A stretch of 64,000 bases of DNA from Candidatus Bilamarchaeaceae archaeon (GCA_038851325.1 JAWCKZ010000001.1:1-64000); one strand, 5' to 3'; positions 1 to 9,625 are shown, counted from the stretch's first letter. Made by a program: numbers and translations. Notes: generated from the letters alone by a model not told the origin.

Positions 1-3000
1 TTCGTACTTCCGCCTGAAATTTTGAATGCGTCTGAGTTGTTGTACGCTATGTTGAATGAGAGGACGTTGTTGTTTGAGTTGTCCAATTGTATTCCAAAGT
101 CGCTGTTAGATACATTATTGCCTGTTATATTGTTATTGTTTGAGTTGGAGAACATAACGTCCCAATTAAGGGGATGGGAATACGCAGTGTTATTTATGAA
201 ATTAGTGTAATTAGAATATTCTATGAAAAAGCCCGCGGTATTATTATACGCCTTGTTGTTTATGAATGTACAGTTATTTGACCCGAGAAGATAGTAACCA
301 TCATTATTGTTACTGTAGGCCGTATTGTTAACGAAGGTGTTTGAGGTTTCTGTATAAAAACCATTATTGTTACTGTAGGCCGTATTATTTATGATGTAGT
401 TGTCTGCTGCAGTTGATGTTATAAAATCAAAACCGTTCTCATTGTTATCATGCGCTGAGTTGTTTGTTATGATATTGTAACGAGCATCAGAGGCAAAAAC
501 AAATCCATGCTGTGCATTCTCAAAAGCTTCGTTGTCAATTATTGTATTATACTGCGCTACGCCACCCAAGGCAATTCCATAATAACTGTTGTTCCATGCC
601 TTATTACTTCTGATAGTATTGTTATTTGATGAGCTTAGATAGAAACCATTATTGGTGTTATTGTAACCATTATTGTTTGTAAGATTGTTAAACGTGCTTC
701 CCCACAGGAAGAAGCCGTAAAGAGAGTTGTTGAAACTGCTTACATTTTGAACAGTGTCGTAAGCAGTCTTATGTAAATAAACACCAAATTTATATGCCGA
801 GATAGCAGGACAGTCTCTGATCGTTACATTTATGTAATTCACAGAATCAGAGCCATTTATCAAGATTCCAGTTGCATCTGATACGCCAGTATTTGTTATG
901 TTAAAGCCGTTGCAGCTAAAGTCAACATCGTTTGACGCTATTACAATACACGCATAAATGCTGTTATATACGGGTATATTGATTGGTGCACCTGCAACGT
1001 TGCTCACTAAGCTGTAAGTGCCGGGCGAGCTTATTATCATGCACTCAGAGACGTTCTTTTGAAGTATCCCATAAACAGAAGACGGCTGGAAGTTCAGCAC
1101 TTCGATGTAATTGTCAGCAGTATTCAGTGTTTGGCCGCTTGTGTAGTTCCAATCTGTTCCATTGTAGAACCAAAGTTCAAATCTGCTTTCCTCATAGCCG
1201 CCAAGTTCAGAATCCAACCATGTAAATCTTATAGAATCAATAGATGGTGAGCCACCCGAAACTGTTATATTGACATATTTCTGTCTGAATGAAGGATACC
1301 CTGTAGGTGGAGAAGCAGGTTCTGGATTCCACTTTATAGCATACACTTCGCTTCCAGGACTTGAATCGACAATGTTCAAACTCGTGTAGTTTTCAAAATT
1401 CCCAAATGGATTGTCAAAGGTTATGTTAAGTAGGTAGATATTAAATCCTGCTACTCCTGATGCTGCGTACATATCGTAATTTGAATTGTCATACAAGTGG
1501 GCATTGGTTATGTTCAGCGTTCCTTCCCCGAACAACACACCCTGAGTATTGCTATGCGCAACGATGTCAAACATCTGCGTTCCAGATGTAGAGCTAAGTT
1601 GGAATCCTATATTATTGTTATATGATGTGGAGTTGGTGATTGTAAGATTTTCAGAATTAAGAAAGAAGAAACCGCTGTTCGAATTGTTATACGCACGATC
1701 TCCGGTTAAACGGTTGTTGGAGCTAGAGATCAGGTAGACTCCGATGTTATTATCGTAAGCGATATTCTCAAAAAGATTGGATTGATTGGTAGCGTCTAAA
1801 AAAAGACCGTTTATGTTTTTGATGACGGTGTTGTTAGAAAGATGAACGCTATTTGAATGGCTTACATAAGCACCATAACTATATTCGAAGATGCTGCAGT
1901 TAGAAATAGTAATGTTTGAGTATGGAACAGAAACAGAACCATTTATTACTATTCCAGCAGAATCGACAGTTCCATTATTTATTATACTATAACCGCGACA
2001 ATCAAAAGAAACGTCTGAGGATGCTATCACAATACACGCCTTTGAAAGGCCAGGAATATTCGTAACATCTATAGGAGCACCACTTATGTTACGTTTTATG
2101 TAATAATCACCGGAGGAGTTTATGAGCATACAAGAGTAGTTGTATTCAAGTATCCCATAATCAGAACTTGGATTTAGGTCAGCCAAGGATAAGGTGTTAG
2201 TAGATGTATCCGGAGTATCATTCAATCGTGTCCATAAACTGTTGTTGTATCCCCAAAGTTCGAACGAGTTTTCGTCGTAGTAACCACCAAGCAGCTCGTC
2301 TTCCAACCAATGCCACGAAATGTAATCGATAGAGACGGCCCCGTTCTCTGCCTTTATCTTAACATATTTATTTTGGAATGACCTAAAACGCGGCGGAAGA
2401 TTTGATTCATTGGTAGTCCAGTCTATAGAGTAAGCTGTATCCGGATCAACAACGTCTGTGATACTTAGCGAGGTATAGTTTTCAAAATTGCCAGAAGGAT
2501 TGTCGAAAGTCACATTTGATAATAAAACCAGAAAAGAAGAAAGATTTGCAGAAGCGTAAAACGATTTACTGTTGTTATAGAAATGAACATTGGATAGACT
2601 TGTGGTAGAATTTCTGATATAAGTTCCATTTTCCAAATTAAATAAATTGCCTCTTACGATAGTTGTATTGACTACATCGGTAATAAAAAATCCATACGAA
2701 CTATTGTAAGCTGTATTATTTACAAATGAATTGTTTGCAGAACCATCCACTAAGTAAAAACTATCACTATTTAAGTATGCTATATTATTTGAGATGTTAT
2801 TTCTTGAGCTCAAACGTACGTATATACCATGACCATTATCGCTAACAGTATTATCAGCGATATAGTTTTCGTGTGAGTCATACAGTGCTATCCCATATGC
2901 ACTGGTGTTTGCTATATTCTTAGTAAGAACGTTTTGCGTGTTTGACACCAGATAAAAACAATATGAAGAATTGTAGCATTTGTTTTCTGTTGCGTTTATC

Positions 3001-4394
3001 TTAGATGAAAAGGAGGTTATAAGAATAGAATAAATAGAATCGAACGCGGTGTTATTATACAAAAGGGAGTCATTCGAACGATAAACTTGGATGTTGGAAT
3101 TGTTATTGTGGTAAATTATATTATTGCTGATGGTTATTCTTGATGAATTATAAATATTTAATCCGTGAGTGTTATTGTAAATCTCGTTTTCAGATATCTC
3201 ACAATCAAATGCTGCTGCATCTATGCCGTACTCTGTGCTATTATAAATCAAATTTTTTTCTATAATATTGTTACTCGACTTAAGATTTATACCATATAAA
3301 TTTTCAAAAATTTGGTTACCTATAACAGAGTTATTTTCATTGATACCAACATCCAAATAAACACCATACATATTCAAATGAATTGTATTATTTACAATTA
3401 CATTGTTGTGTGATAGATTGTACAGCTGAATACCATGGTTTGTTCCGTTATAGATATCGTTGTAGGATAAAACATTTTTCCTGGCTGAATACAGATATAT
3501 TAATCTATTGCCATTACTTAAGTTATTATAAGATATATTGTTCGAATCCCCGTATAGGTATATTGCGTAGTATACGTTAGATATATCATTATGTAAAATT
3601 GAATTATTATTTGAATTTTGAAATAGGTATATCCCACCAATAACGCCATTTATTTTGTTATTGGATATCGTATTGTTTATCGAGTTTGATGTGAGCACTA
3701 TCCCGCCATAACTGTTATTGTAAATAGTGTTGTTATCAATAATATTACGGGCGCTACTATCCTCTATGTAAAATCCGTTAGTTAGATTATGTATATCGTT
3801 GTTTTTGAATAGATTATCTGCTGAAGAGACTACAGAAAAACCAACTGAATAGTTTGTCTCATAATACGAGATGTCATTGTCGGTAAAATTACTAAAACTT
3901 ACGTTGGAAATGAAAAAATTAGCGTAAGTATTGTTTTTGAGAATGTTGTTTTCAAAATGGCAACCAGATGCATCTATACCTCTTATCCCTGCATAAGCAT
4001 TCTCGCTAATATTACTATCTCTTACGATCAGTTGTCTGGAATTTGAAACGAATACACCATAAAAAAAGCTCTTTATAACACAATTCCTTATTGTAATGTT
4101 TGATGTTTCATTAGACAGGACAGCAAAACCATAAGTTAGATTGGCCCGGTTCCCTGTTATTGAGTGAAATTGACAATTAAAAGTTTTATTTTCAGTACGT
4201 GGATTGTTAATACACGTAGTAGTGCTTGAAAGATCAGAAATAAGTTTCACTTCGCTATAGCAATCTGTGTTATCATTCAACGCATCGGTACAATCTGCGC
4301 ACTCGCTGCATTCACAAACACCACCACCCATAGGAGTGTAAGCTAATGTAATCGAAATAAGAGAGGCAAACAGTAAGATAGCCAAAGCGCGCAT
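1..4394 (-). CDS. Giant secreted right-handed parallel beta-helix (NosD/CASH/PbH1-repeat) surface protein, 3' end beyond window (>1460 aa)
   Basis: Manual translation: ATG at 4394 after GAGGT RBS; signal peptide MRALAILLFASLISITLA; Asn-rich beta-helix repeats; recurring FDNPxGNFENYTSL module near 2500 and 1400. The same frame is open at the left edge (…SFNIAYNNSDAFKISGGST). It is absent from the ORF track, consistent with no in-window stop. Confidence 0.85.
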   Translation of the reverse strand, partial: MRALAILLFASLISITLAYTPMGGGVCECSECADCTDALNDNTDCYSEVKLISDLSSTTTCINNPRTENKTFNCQFHSITGNRANLTYGFAVLSNETSNITIRNCVIKSFFYGVFVSNSRQLIVRDSNISENAYAGIRGIDASGCHFENNILKNNTYANFFISNVSFSNFTDNDISYYETNYSVGFSVVSSADNLFKNNDIHNLTNGFYIEDSSARNIIDNNTIYNNSYGGIVLTSNSINNTISNNKINGVIGGIYLFQNSNNNSILHNDISNVYYAIYLYGDSNNISYNNLSNGNRLIYLYSARKNVLSYNDIYNGTNHGIQLYNLSHNNVIVNNTIHLNMYGVYLDVGINENNSVIGNQIFENLYGINLKSSNNIIEKNLIYNSTEYGIDAAAFDCEISENEIYNNTHGLNIYNSSRITISNNIIYHNNNSNIQVYRSNDSLLYNNTAFDSIYSILITSFSSKINATENKCYNSSYCFYLVSNTQNVLTKNIANTSAYGIALYDSHENYIADNTVSDNGHGIYVRLSSRNNISNNIAYLNSDSFYLVDGSANNSFVNNTAYNSSYGFFITDVVNTTIVRGNLFNLENGTYIRNSTTSLSNVHFYNNSKSFYASANLSSFLVLLSNVTFDNPSGNFENYTSLSITDVVDPDTAYSIDWTTNESNLPPRFRSFQNKYVKIKAENGAVSIDYISWHWLEDELLGGYYDENSFELWGYNNSLWTRLNDTPDTSTNTLSLADLNPSSDYGILEYNYSCMLINSSGDYYIKRNISGAPIDVTNIPGLSKACIVIASSDVSFDCRGYSIINNGTVDSAGIVINGSVSVPYSNITISNCSIFEYSYGAYVSHSNSVHLSNNTVIKNINGLFLDATNQSNLFENIAYDNNIGVYLISSSNNRLTGDRAYNNSNSGFFFLNSENLTITNSTSYNNNIGFQLSSTSGTQMFDIVAHSNTQGVLFGEGTLNITNAHLYDNSNYDMYAASGVAGFNIYLLNITFDNPFGNFENYTSLNIVDSSPGSEVYAIKWNPEPASPPTGYPSFRQKYVNITVSGGSPSIDSIRFTWLDSELGGYEESRFELWFYNGTDWNYTSGQTLNTADNYIEVLNFQPSSVYGILQKNVSECMIISSPGTYSLVSNVAGAPINIPVYNSIYACIVIASNDVDFSCNGFNITNTGVSDATGILINGSDSVNYINVTIRDCPAISAYKFGVYLHKTAYDTVQNVSSFNNSLYGFFLWGSTFNNLTNNNGYNNTNNGFYLSSSNNNTIRSNKAWNNSYYGIALGGVAQYNTIIDNEAFENAQHGFVFASDARYNIITNNSAHDNNENGFDFITSTAADNYIINNTAYSNNNGFYTETSNTFVNNTAYSNNNDGYYLLGSNNCTFINNKAYNNTAGFFIEYSNYTNFINNTAYSHPLNWDVMFSNSNNNNITGNNVSNSDFGIQLDNSNNNVLSFNIAYNNSDAFKISGGST

Positions 4395-4461
4395 AAGAAA
4401 CCTCAGGTGTAACAACAGAAAAGACTACTAATGAAAAAAATAAAAACCATTCTAGTGAGGT

Positions 4462-4990
4462 GTAACAGTCTAAGAATTCCCCTATTCGTAAATTTTGTTC
4501 TCTAAGACGTGCATGAGGTAATCCATGTATTTTTCCTGTTTTTTGGTGGCTGATCATTAGAGGGATGCTTGCATAGCGCAGCTATTCATCCCACCAATGC
4601 TCCTGCTCTGCTGGCTTATCTTTCTTTTGATAACAAGGACATGAACACAGCTGTTTGCAGATCAAACTTTGATTTTGGAAGAGTATTGGGGACCTTTGCA
4701 ATAACTATATCCTTGGTCGTGCATTTCTCTGTTCTTTTCAGGTTCGTTTTGCTCTTTTGGCTGCTCCACTGCCTTCGCAAGCTCTTTTTTCATATATGGT
4801 GGCAATGCACTTGAAGGAGTATTTTCGTTAAGAAATTGCCGAGCTGCCTGCGCAGCTTTTTATTTTCCTTTGCCAATTCTTTGTTTTCTTTTTCAAGTTG
4901 GTGTATTCGTTTTAATGTTTCATCCAACTGCTGCCTTAGCCGAGTATCTCAGCTCTCAAATTTTCTTCGTTCACAGGAGTCAAAAAGTAA
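4462..4990 (-). mobile_element. Decayed IS66-family insertion sequence remnant with one intact terminal repeat
   Basis: Terminal GTAACAGTCTAAGAATTCCC at 4462-4481 is identical to the MITE end at 29783 and abuts the transposase stop. The other end was not found. Confidence 0.75.
4482..4974 (-). pseudogene. Frameshifted, internally deleted IS66-type transposase
   Basis: Fragments in different frames: coiled coil RLRQQLDETLKRIHQLEKENKEL, FLNENTPSSALPP, AKVPNTLPKSKFDL, QQSRSIGGMNS, QEKYMDYLMHVLENKIYE*. These resemble IS66 N- and C-terminal motifs; the DDE core is missing. Confidence 0.7.
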
Positions 4991-5113
4991 TAGAAATGAA
5001 AACCTACGACGTTATCGGTGGTTTTTAAATTCCTGTTGCTTTCCCCCATCTTTTTAATACTTATATACTATAATATCGAGAGAGGAACAAAACATAAAAT
5101 GGGTGATCTAACA

Positions 5114-5509
5114 ATGCAGTTAATCGTTTCGGATGCCAAAACAGGCCAAAGTTACAAAATTGAGATACCGAAGGACAGAGAATCTGAAATCATAGGAAAA
5201 AGAATAGGTGATGTCATAGACGGTGGTTTTATAGGCGCCGGTGGCTATAAGCTGCAATTAACTGGCGGAAGCGACGGAAGCGGTTTTCCTATGAGAAGAG
5301 ATGTGGTTGGAACCAAAAAGACAAAGGTACTTCTCAGTAAAGGCGTTGGGTTTAAAACAAGCGAAGGAGGAGAAAGAAAGAGAAAGTTGATACGAGGTAA
5401 CACCTATTCAAATGAGATTGTTCAGGTCAACTCGAAGATTGTTGAATACGGGCCTATAGCACTCGATCAGCTATTCAAGAAAGAGGAGAAAAAAGAAGAA
5501 AAGAAGTAG
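5114..5509 (+). CDS. rps6e: 30S ribosomal protein S6e
   Basis: ITGGSD-like motif LTGGSDGSGFPMR and GERKRKLIRGN; start reassigned to ATG 5114 after GGTGA. Confidence 0.95.
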   Translation: MQLIVSDAKTGQSYKIEIPKDRESEIIGKRIGDVIDGGFIGAGGYKLQLTGGSDGSGFPMRRDVVGTKKTKVLLSKGVGFKTSEGGERKRKLIRGNTYSNEIVQVNSKIVEYGPIALDQLFKKEEKKEEKK

Positions 5510-5517
5510 GTGGATAC

Positions 5518-6711
5518 TTGCAAGCCGAGATAAATATAGGAATGCTTGGTCATGTAGACCATGGTAAAACGACACTGACTAAAGCGCTTACTGGGAAATG
5601 GACTGATACCCATAGCGAAGAGCTAAAACGCGGGATATCCATTAGGCTTGGTTATGCAGATGCTATTATATACAAATGCCCAAAATGCGGATTGGCAACA
5701 TTAAAACAAGAGTGCGAAAAGTGCAAAACAAAAACAGAAGTAAAGCGAAAGATATCGATTGTTGACGCCCCCGGTCACGAAACGCTCATGACCACAGTGA
5801 TAGCGGGTGCAAGCATACTCGATGCCGCTCTATTCCTTATAGCTGCAAATGAACCATGCCCACAGCCCCAAACAGTCGAGCATATGATTGTACTGAATAC
5901 AACCGGCATAAAGAACATCATAGTCGTGCAAACAAAGGTTGACCTGGTTTCAAAGGAAAAGGCGCTTGAGCATTACAGAAATATAAGAGAGTTCCTAAAG
6001 GGAACCGTGGCCGAAAACGCACCTATAATTCCCGTTGCAGCAAATCTAGGAGTAAATATCGATGCTCTCGTTCAGAAGATTGAAGAGGTTATGCCAACCC
6101 CGAAACGAGATGATGCCAGCCCTCTTAGAATGTATATTTCGCGTTCATTCGACATAAATCTTCCTGGAACAAAGATAGACGACTTGAAGGGTGGGGTTGT
6201 TGGCGGCTCAATTGTTTCTGGTAAGCTTAATGAGGGAGATGAGATCGAAATATCTCCTGGCGTGCCGAGAAAAGAAGGCGCGCTTCCTGAAAAAATAATA
6301 ACCAAAGCAGAAAGTCTCAGGGAAGAAACAGAAGTACTCAAGGAAGCAAAACCAGGCGGATTAATTGCTGTGTGCACCGGCATAGACCCAGCGCTGGCAA
6401 AGTCAGATGGGCTTGTTGGAAATGTACTCGGAAAAAAAGGCGAGGTTCCAGAGCCGACATCAGAAATAACTATTCAATATGAGATGCTAAAAAGACCAGA
6501 TATGGAAAACCCGCCATTAAAAGAAACAGAAATAATTGTTGCGAACATTCACACGTATACAGGTATAGGCGTAATAAAAAACCTAAAAAAGGGAACCGCC
6601 ACGATCAAACTAAAGCGTCCTGCCGTTGTTTATCCAGACATGAACATCGCTCTCAGCAGAAAGATAGGCCAAAGGTGGCGTCTCGCCGCGTGGGGAAAGA
6701 TAAAATCATAA
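5518..6711 (+). CDS. eif2g: Translation initiation factor aIF-2 gamma subunit
   Basis: GHVDHGKT, DAPGHE, QTKVD GTPase motifs, Zn-ribbon, C-terminal RWRL; TTG start. Confidence 0.97.
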   Translation: MQAEINIGMLGHVDHGKTTLTKALTGKWTDTHSEELKRGISIRLGYADAIIYKCPKCGLATLKQECEKCKTKTEVKRKISIVDAPGHETLMTTVIAGASILDAALFLIAANEPCPQPQTVEHMIVLNTTGIKNIIVVQTKVDLVSKEKALEHYRNIREFLKGTVAENAPIIPVAANLGVNIDALVQKIEEVMPTPKRDDASPLRMYISRSFDINLPGTKIDDLKGGVVGGSIVSGKLNEGDEIEISPGVPRKEGALPEKIITKAESLREETEVLKEAKPGGLIAVCTGIDPALAKSDGLVGNVLGKKGEVPEPTSEITIQYEMLKRPDMENPPLKETEIIVANIHTYTGIGVIKNLKKGTATIKLKRPAVVYPDMNIALSRKIGQRWRLAAWGKIKS

Positions 6712-6746
6712 TTTTTAAATACATAGAACGCCAGATCTATTCGTTC

Positions 6747-6845
6747 GCAGAGGTTGGAGTGACATGCGCTTGCTGTCACTGCCCTCAGCATTTCATGCCG
6801 AGGTTGGAGTGAACGACGATTCGTTCACTGCCCTCAGCATTTCAT
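6747..6845 (+). repeat. Two tandem ~50-nt hairpin units in the tRNA-Ser leader, each starting with the tRNA 5' end
   Basis: Units at 6747-6796 and 6797-6845: GC(A/C)GAGGTTGGAGTGA-[variable]-TCACTGCCCTCAGCATTTCAT. Confidence 0.9.
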
Positions 6846-7123
6846 GCCGAGGTCGCCTAGCCAGGTAGGGCGGCAGGTTGCTAAAGGCTTTTTGTCTTCG
6901 GTATTTCTGAGGGCAAAAACCCTGGAAAAAGCCCTGAGGTTTCTCCTCTGGGTGTGTTGGGCTTTTTGTCTTCGGTATTTCTGAGGGCAAAAACCCTGGA
7001 AACGGTATTTGGCTCCTAAGCAGGTGCTTATGACCTAAGGATTGTCTCAGGAGCTAAATACCGTTTGGAAAATGAAAACCTGTTGCGCGTAAGCGTTCGA
7101 GAGTTCAAATCTCTCCCTCGGCG
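6846..7123 (+). tRNA. tRNA-Ser(GCT) with ~194-nt intron at 37/38 (6884-7077)
   Basis: Acceptor GCCGAGG/CCTCGGC with G73; anticodon stem GCAGG/CCTGT with GCT at 6880-6882; long variable arm; T arm GAGAG-TTCAAAT-CTCTC. Confidence 0.9.
6886..7002 (+). repeat. Identical 43-nt direct repeat inside the tRNA-Ser intron
   Basis: GGCTTTTTGTCTTCGGTATTTCTGAGGGCAAAAACCCTGGAAA at 6886-6928 and 6960-7002. Confidence 0.95.
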
Positions 7124-7165
7124 TCCTGTTTTTGGCTAATGTCAGGCAATTAACAGAAAAAGTAA

Positions 7166-7265
7166 TAGCGGAGGGTGGATTTGAACCACCGATCTCCGGG
7201 TTTCTCAGAAAAGGATAAAATTGGTTTATGAGCCCGGCGGGAACTCCAGTCTCCCCTACCCCGCT
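7166..7265 (-). tRNA. Initiator tRNA-Met(CAT) with 25-nt canonical intron (7202-7226)
   Basis: A1-U72; three consecutive G-C pairs in the anticodon stem; CTCA/TGAG central helix of a BHB motif; T arm GGTGG-TTCAAAT-CCACC. Confidence 0.95.
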
Positions 7266-7601
7266 AAGATTACTCCAAAACACCGCGCGCTATAAAAACC
7301 GATTCAATCTCGGGAGTATCATCTGCGAAATCGGTTTCTTCCATGCAGTAGATTCCATGTAATTGTTTTTAATTCTATCTTAATTTGCTGTGAACCTGTT
7401 TTGCTGCCGAACCTGCTGTGAATTACCTCAAATACCTCAATAATTTCGAAACACGGATTGTTGTTGCTGTGCATCATTTTAGAAGCGCAATTTCTATTTC
7501 AGGTGTGTGGCTATAACACAAATTATATTGAAGACCTGTCTTGTTCTAGGTAGGAGGATAAGCTTTAGAATAAAGGATTAAGAATTATTCACTGCAGGAG
7601 T

Positions 7602-8078
7602 ATGAGCATGGAAAAACTCTACTATCTGCTTTATCCAATGCGCATTGTGCTTATAACTGCAAAGCACGAAAAGAACGAGAGTATAATGCCGGCTGCATGG
7701 TGCTACCCCCTTTCGGCGGATCCGTCAATGTTTGGGGTATCGATCGCGAAAAAGCGGTTTACATATGAACTCATCAGCAAAAGCAAGAAATTTGCAATAA
7801 ACATCCCAACACCTAAGATGAAAAGCGGTATAGTACTGTGCGGGAAAACGAGCGGGAGAACTACTGACAAGTTTGCGGAAACTGGATGGAAACGAGAAGA
7901 AGGAAAGATTGGAGTGCCGCTTGTGAGCGAATGTTCGGCCAGCATTGAGTGCGTGCTTGAAAAAGAAGTGGAAACAGGAGACCATGTTGTGCTGGTTGGC
8001 AGGGTTGAAAATATCATAAGACGTTTTGAATCTAAGGGGATATATCATAAAGGAGGGGCAGAATTTTTGGAGTTGTGA
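7602..8078 (+). CDS. Flavin reductase family protein (DIM6/NTAB)
   Basis: CGKTSGRTTDKF and ETGDHVVLVGRV motifs. Confidence 0.9.
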   Translation: MSMEKLYYLLYPMRIVLITAKHEKNESIMPAAWCYPLSADPSMFGVSIAKKRFTYELISKSKKFAINIPTPKMKSGIVLCGKTSGRTTDKFAETGWKREEGKIGVPLVSECSASIECVLEKEVETGDHVVLVGRVENIIRRFESKGIYHKGGAEFLEL

Positions 8079-8081
8079 AAA

Positions 8082-8597
8082 ATGACAAAAACAAAGGCAG
8101 TTGTTGAAATAGCGCTAGCTATTCTAATAATAGCAGGAATATGGCTTTTCTCAGATAGAATAACTACTCTGCAGGAACTCGGCTATCTTGGCGTATTTCT
8201 TATAGCGCTTCTAAGTAACGCAACTATATTCTTCCCTGCACCAGGATGGGCTGCGGTGATAGCAATGGGCGGGGTATTGAACCCTTATCTCGTTGGGATA
8301 GCTGCTGGCGTGGGCAGTGCTTTTGGTGAGTTGACGGGATATGCAGTTGGAGAGGGAGCTGCAAGCCTTGCAAATAAGGAGTTCATAAAACAAAAGGAGA
8401 TGATAGAAAAGTATGGTTCGATGGCTATCTTTGTGCTCGCTTTTATTCCAAACCCATTGTTTGACGTTGCTGGACTTGCAGCCGGGGCAATAAAAATAGG
8501 AATAATGAAATTTCTCATCTTTTGTATGCTTGGGAGAGTATTGCGATACATCTTGCTCGCTCATCTAGGGTGGCTTATTACACCATATATAATGTAA
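8082..8597 (+). CDS. VTT/SNARE-associated (DedA-like) membrane protein
   Basis: Multiple TM segments; GELTGYAVG and FIPNPLFDVAG motifs. Confidence 0.85.
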   Translation: MTKTKAVVEIALAILIIAGIWLFSDRITTLQELGYLGVFLIALLSNATIFFPAPGWAAVIAMGGVLNPYLVGIAAGVGSAFGELTGYAVGEGAASLANKEFIKQKEMIEKYGSMAIFVLAFIPNPLFDVAGLAAGAIKIGIMKFLIFCMLGRVLRYILLAHLGWLITPYIM

Positions 8598-8608
8598 GCC
8601 TTATCTTT

Positions 8609-9625
8609 TTATTCAACCTTATACTGTCTTACTTTTACCCCTGCTTCCCGCAGTAACTTCATTGCACTCTCTGAAATAGGGTAGTTTTCGTTATAAACTA
8701 CCTCAACAATACCTGCATTTATTATCATCTTCGTGCATAGCAAGCATGGGGAGAATGTTGTGTATATGGTTGCGCCTTTTGTGCTTACGCCGTTATAAGC
8801 CGCTTGCACAATCGCATTCTCCTCGCCATGAGAGCAGAAGCATTCCTCAAGATTTTTTCCTGACTCTGTAAAATTGTTACATCTTGGGCAGCCACCCTCA
8901 TTGCAGTTTCGTGTTCCGCGAGGCGTGCCGTTATAACCTGTTGATATTATTTGCTTATCGCGCACAAGTACGGCTGCAACCTTCCTCTTTACGCAGTTGC
9001 TCCGAGTCGCAACCATCTTTGCTATGCCCATGAAATATGCATCCCACGTAGGCCTCTCAAACTTGAACACAGAAGAGAGTTCGCTAAGCGCAGCATCAAC
9101 CTGCTCATAAAGAAGAGATAGCCCGCCGGTATTATCTATTCTTTTATCAGCAAGCGCAAAAGTTGCCTTTAGGTTTTGTTTTGTCTTTTCAGCGTTTTCC
9201 ATCTCAAGCTTTTCTATCTCCAAAAAAGCCTCAAATGTCTTGGGATCTTCTTCTCTATCTCTTTGCTTTATCCTCTCAAATCTAATCTCCGGTGGTGCTG
9301 TCACATAAAGAAGAAAGAAGTGCGGCAGTTTTCTTAGCTCGTCGACCTCGGCCGGGGTCCTTATCGAGTCTATGACGTAGTTTCTGTCCTTTGCCTTTTC
9401 AATTCTGGCAGTTATCTTCTTTGCGAGTATCCCAGCACCAAATTTTGCCCTGAGCTCGTTGCCTTTGTTGATGAGGTTATCACGTGTAAGCGCTTTTCCC
9501 TCCGCTTTTAGTTCCTCTCTTAAGATGTCAGAGAGTGATAGTTCATAGAATCCTTTTTTTGCAAGGTAGTCAGCAACTGTGCTTTTTCCAGCGCAGTTCT
9601 CTCCCGTCAGCCCAACTATTATCAT
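8609..9625 (-). CDS. P-loop nucleotide-kinase domain fused to dCMP/dCTP deaminase
   Basis: N-terminal GENCAGKST Walker A; C-terminal STGYNG, HGEENA and PCLLC Zn-deaminase motifs. Confidence 0.9.
   Translation of the reverse strand: MIIVGLTGENCAGKSTVADYLAKKGFYELSLSDILREELKAEGKALTRDNLINKGNELRAKFGAGILAKKITARIEKAKDRNYVIDSIRTPAEVDELRKLPHFFLLYVTAPPEIRFERIKQRDREEDPKTFEAFLEIEKLEMENAEKTKQNLKATFALADKRIDNTGGLSLLYEQVDAALSELSSVFKFERPTWDAYFMGIAKMVATRSNCVKRKVAAVLVRDKQIISTGYNGTPRGTRNCNEGGCPRCNNFTESGKNLEECFCSHGEENAIVQAAYNGVSTKGATIYTTFSPCLLCTKMIINAGIVEVVYNENYPISESAMKLLREAGVKVRQYKVE

Noticed and set aside
22..4814. Short ORFs listed in the track in this region
   Set aside because: They are antisense or out-of-frame shadows of the giant minus-strand gene and the transposase remnant.
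6747..7002. CRISPR array
   Set aside because: Only two copies of each repeat, the variable parts are 12-13-nt self-complementary hairpins, the repeats overlap a tRNA gene, and there are no cas genes in the window.
6793..7283. ORFs 6793-6990 and 7047-7283
   Set aside because: They overlap tRNA genes and have no protein-like features.
7270..7600. Gene or element in the 330-nt spacer after tRNA-iMet
   Set aside because: Only a short TGCTGTGAA repeat and tiny ORFs; nothing supportable.
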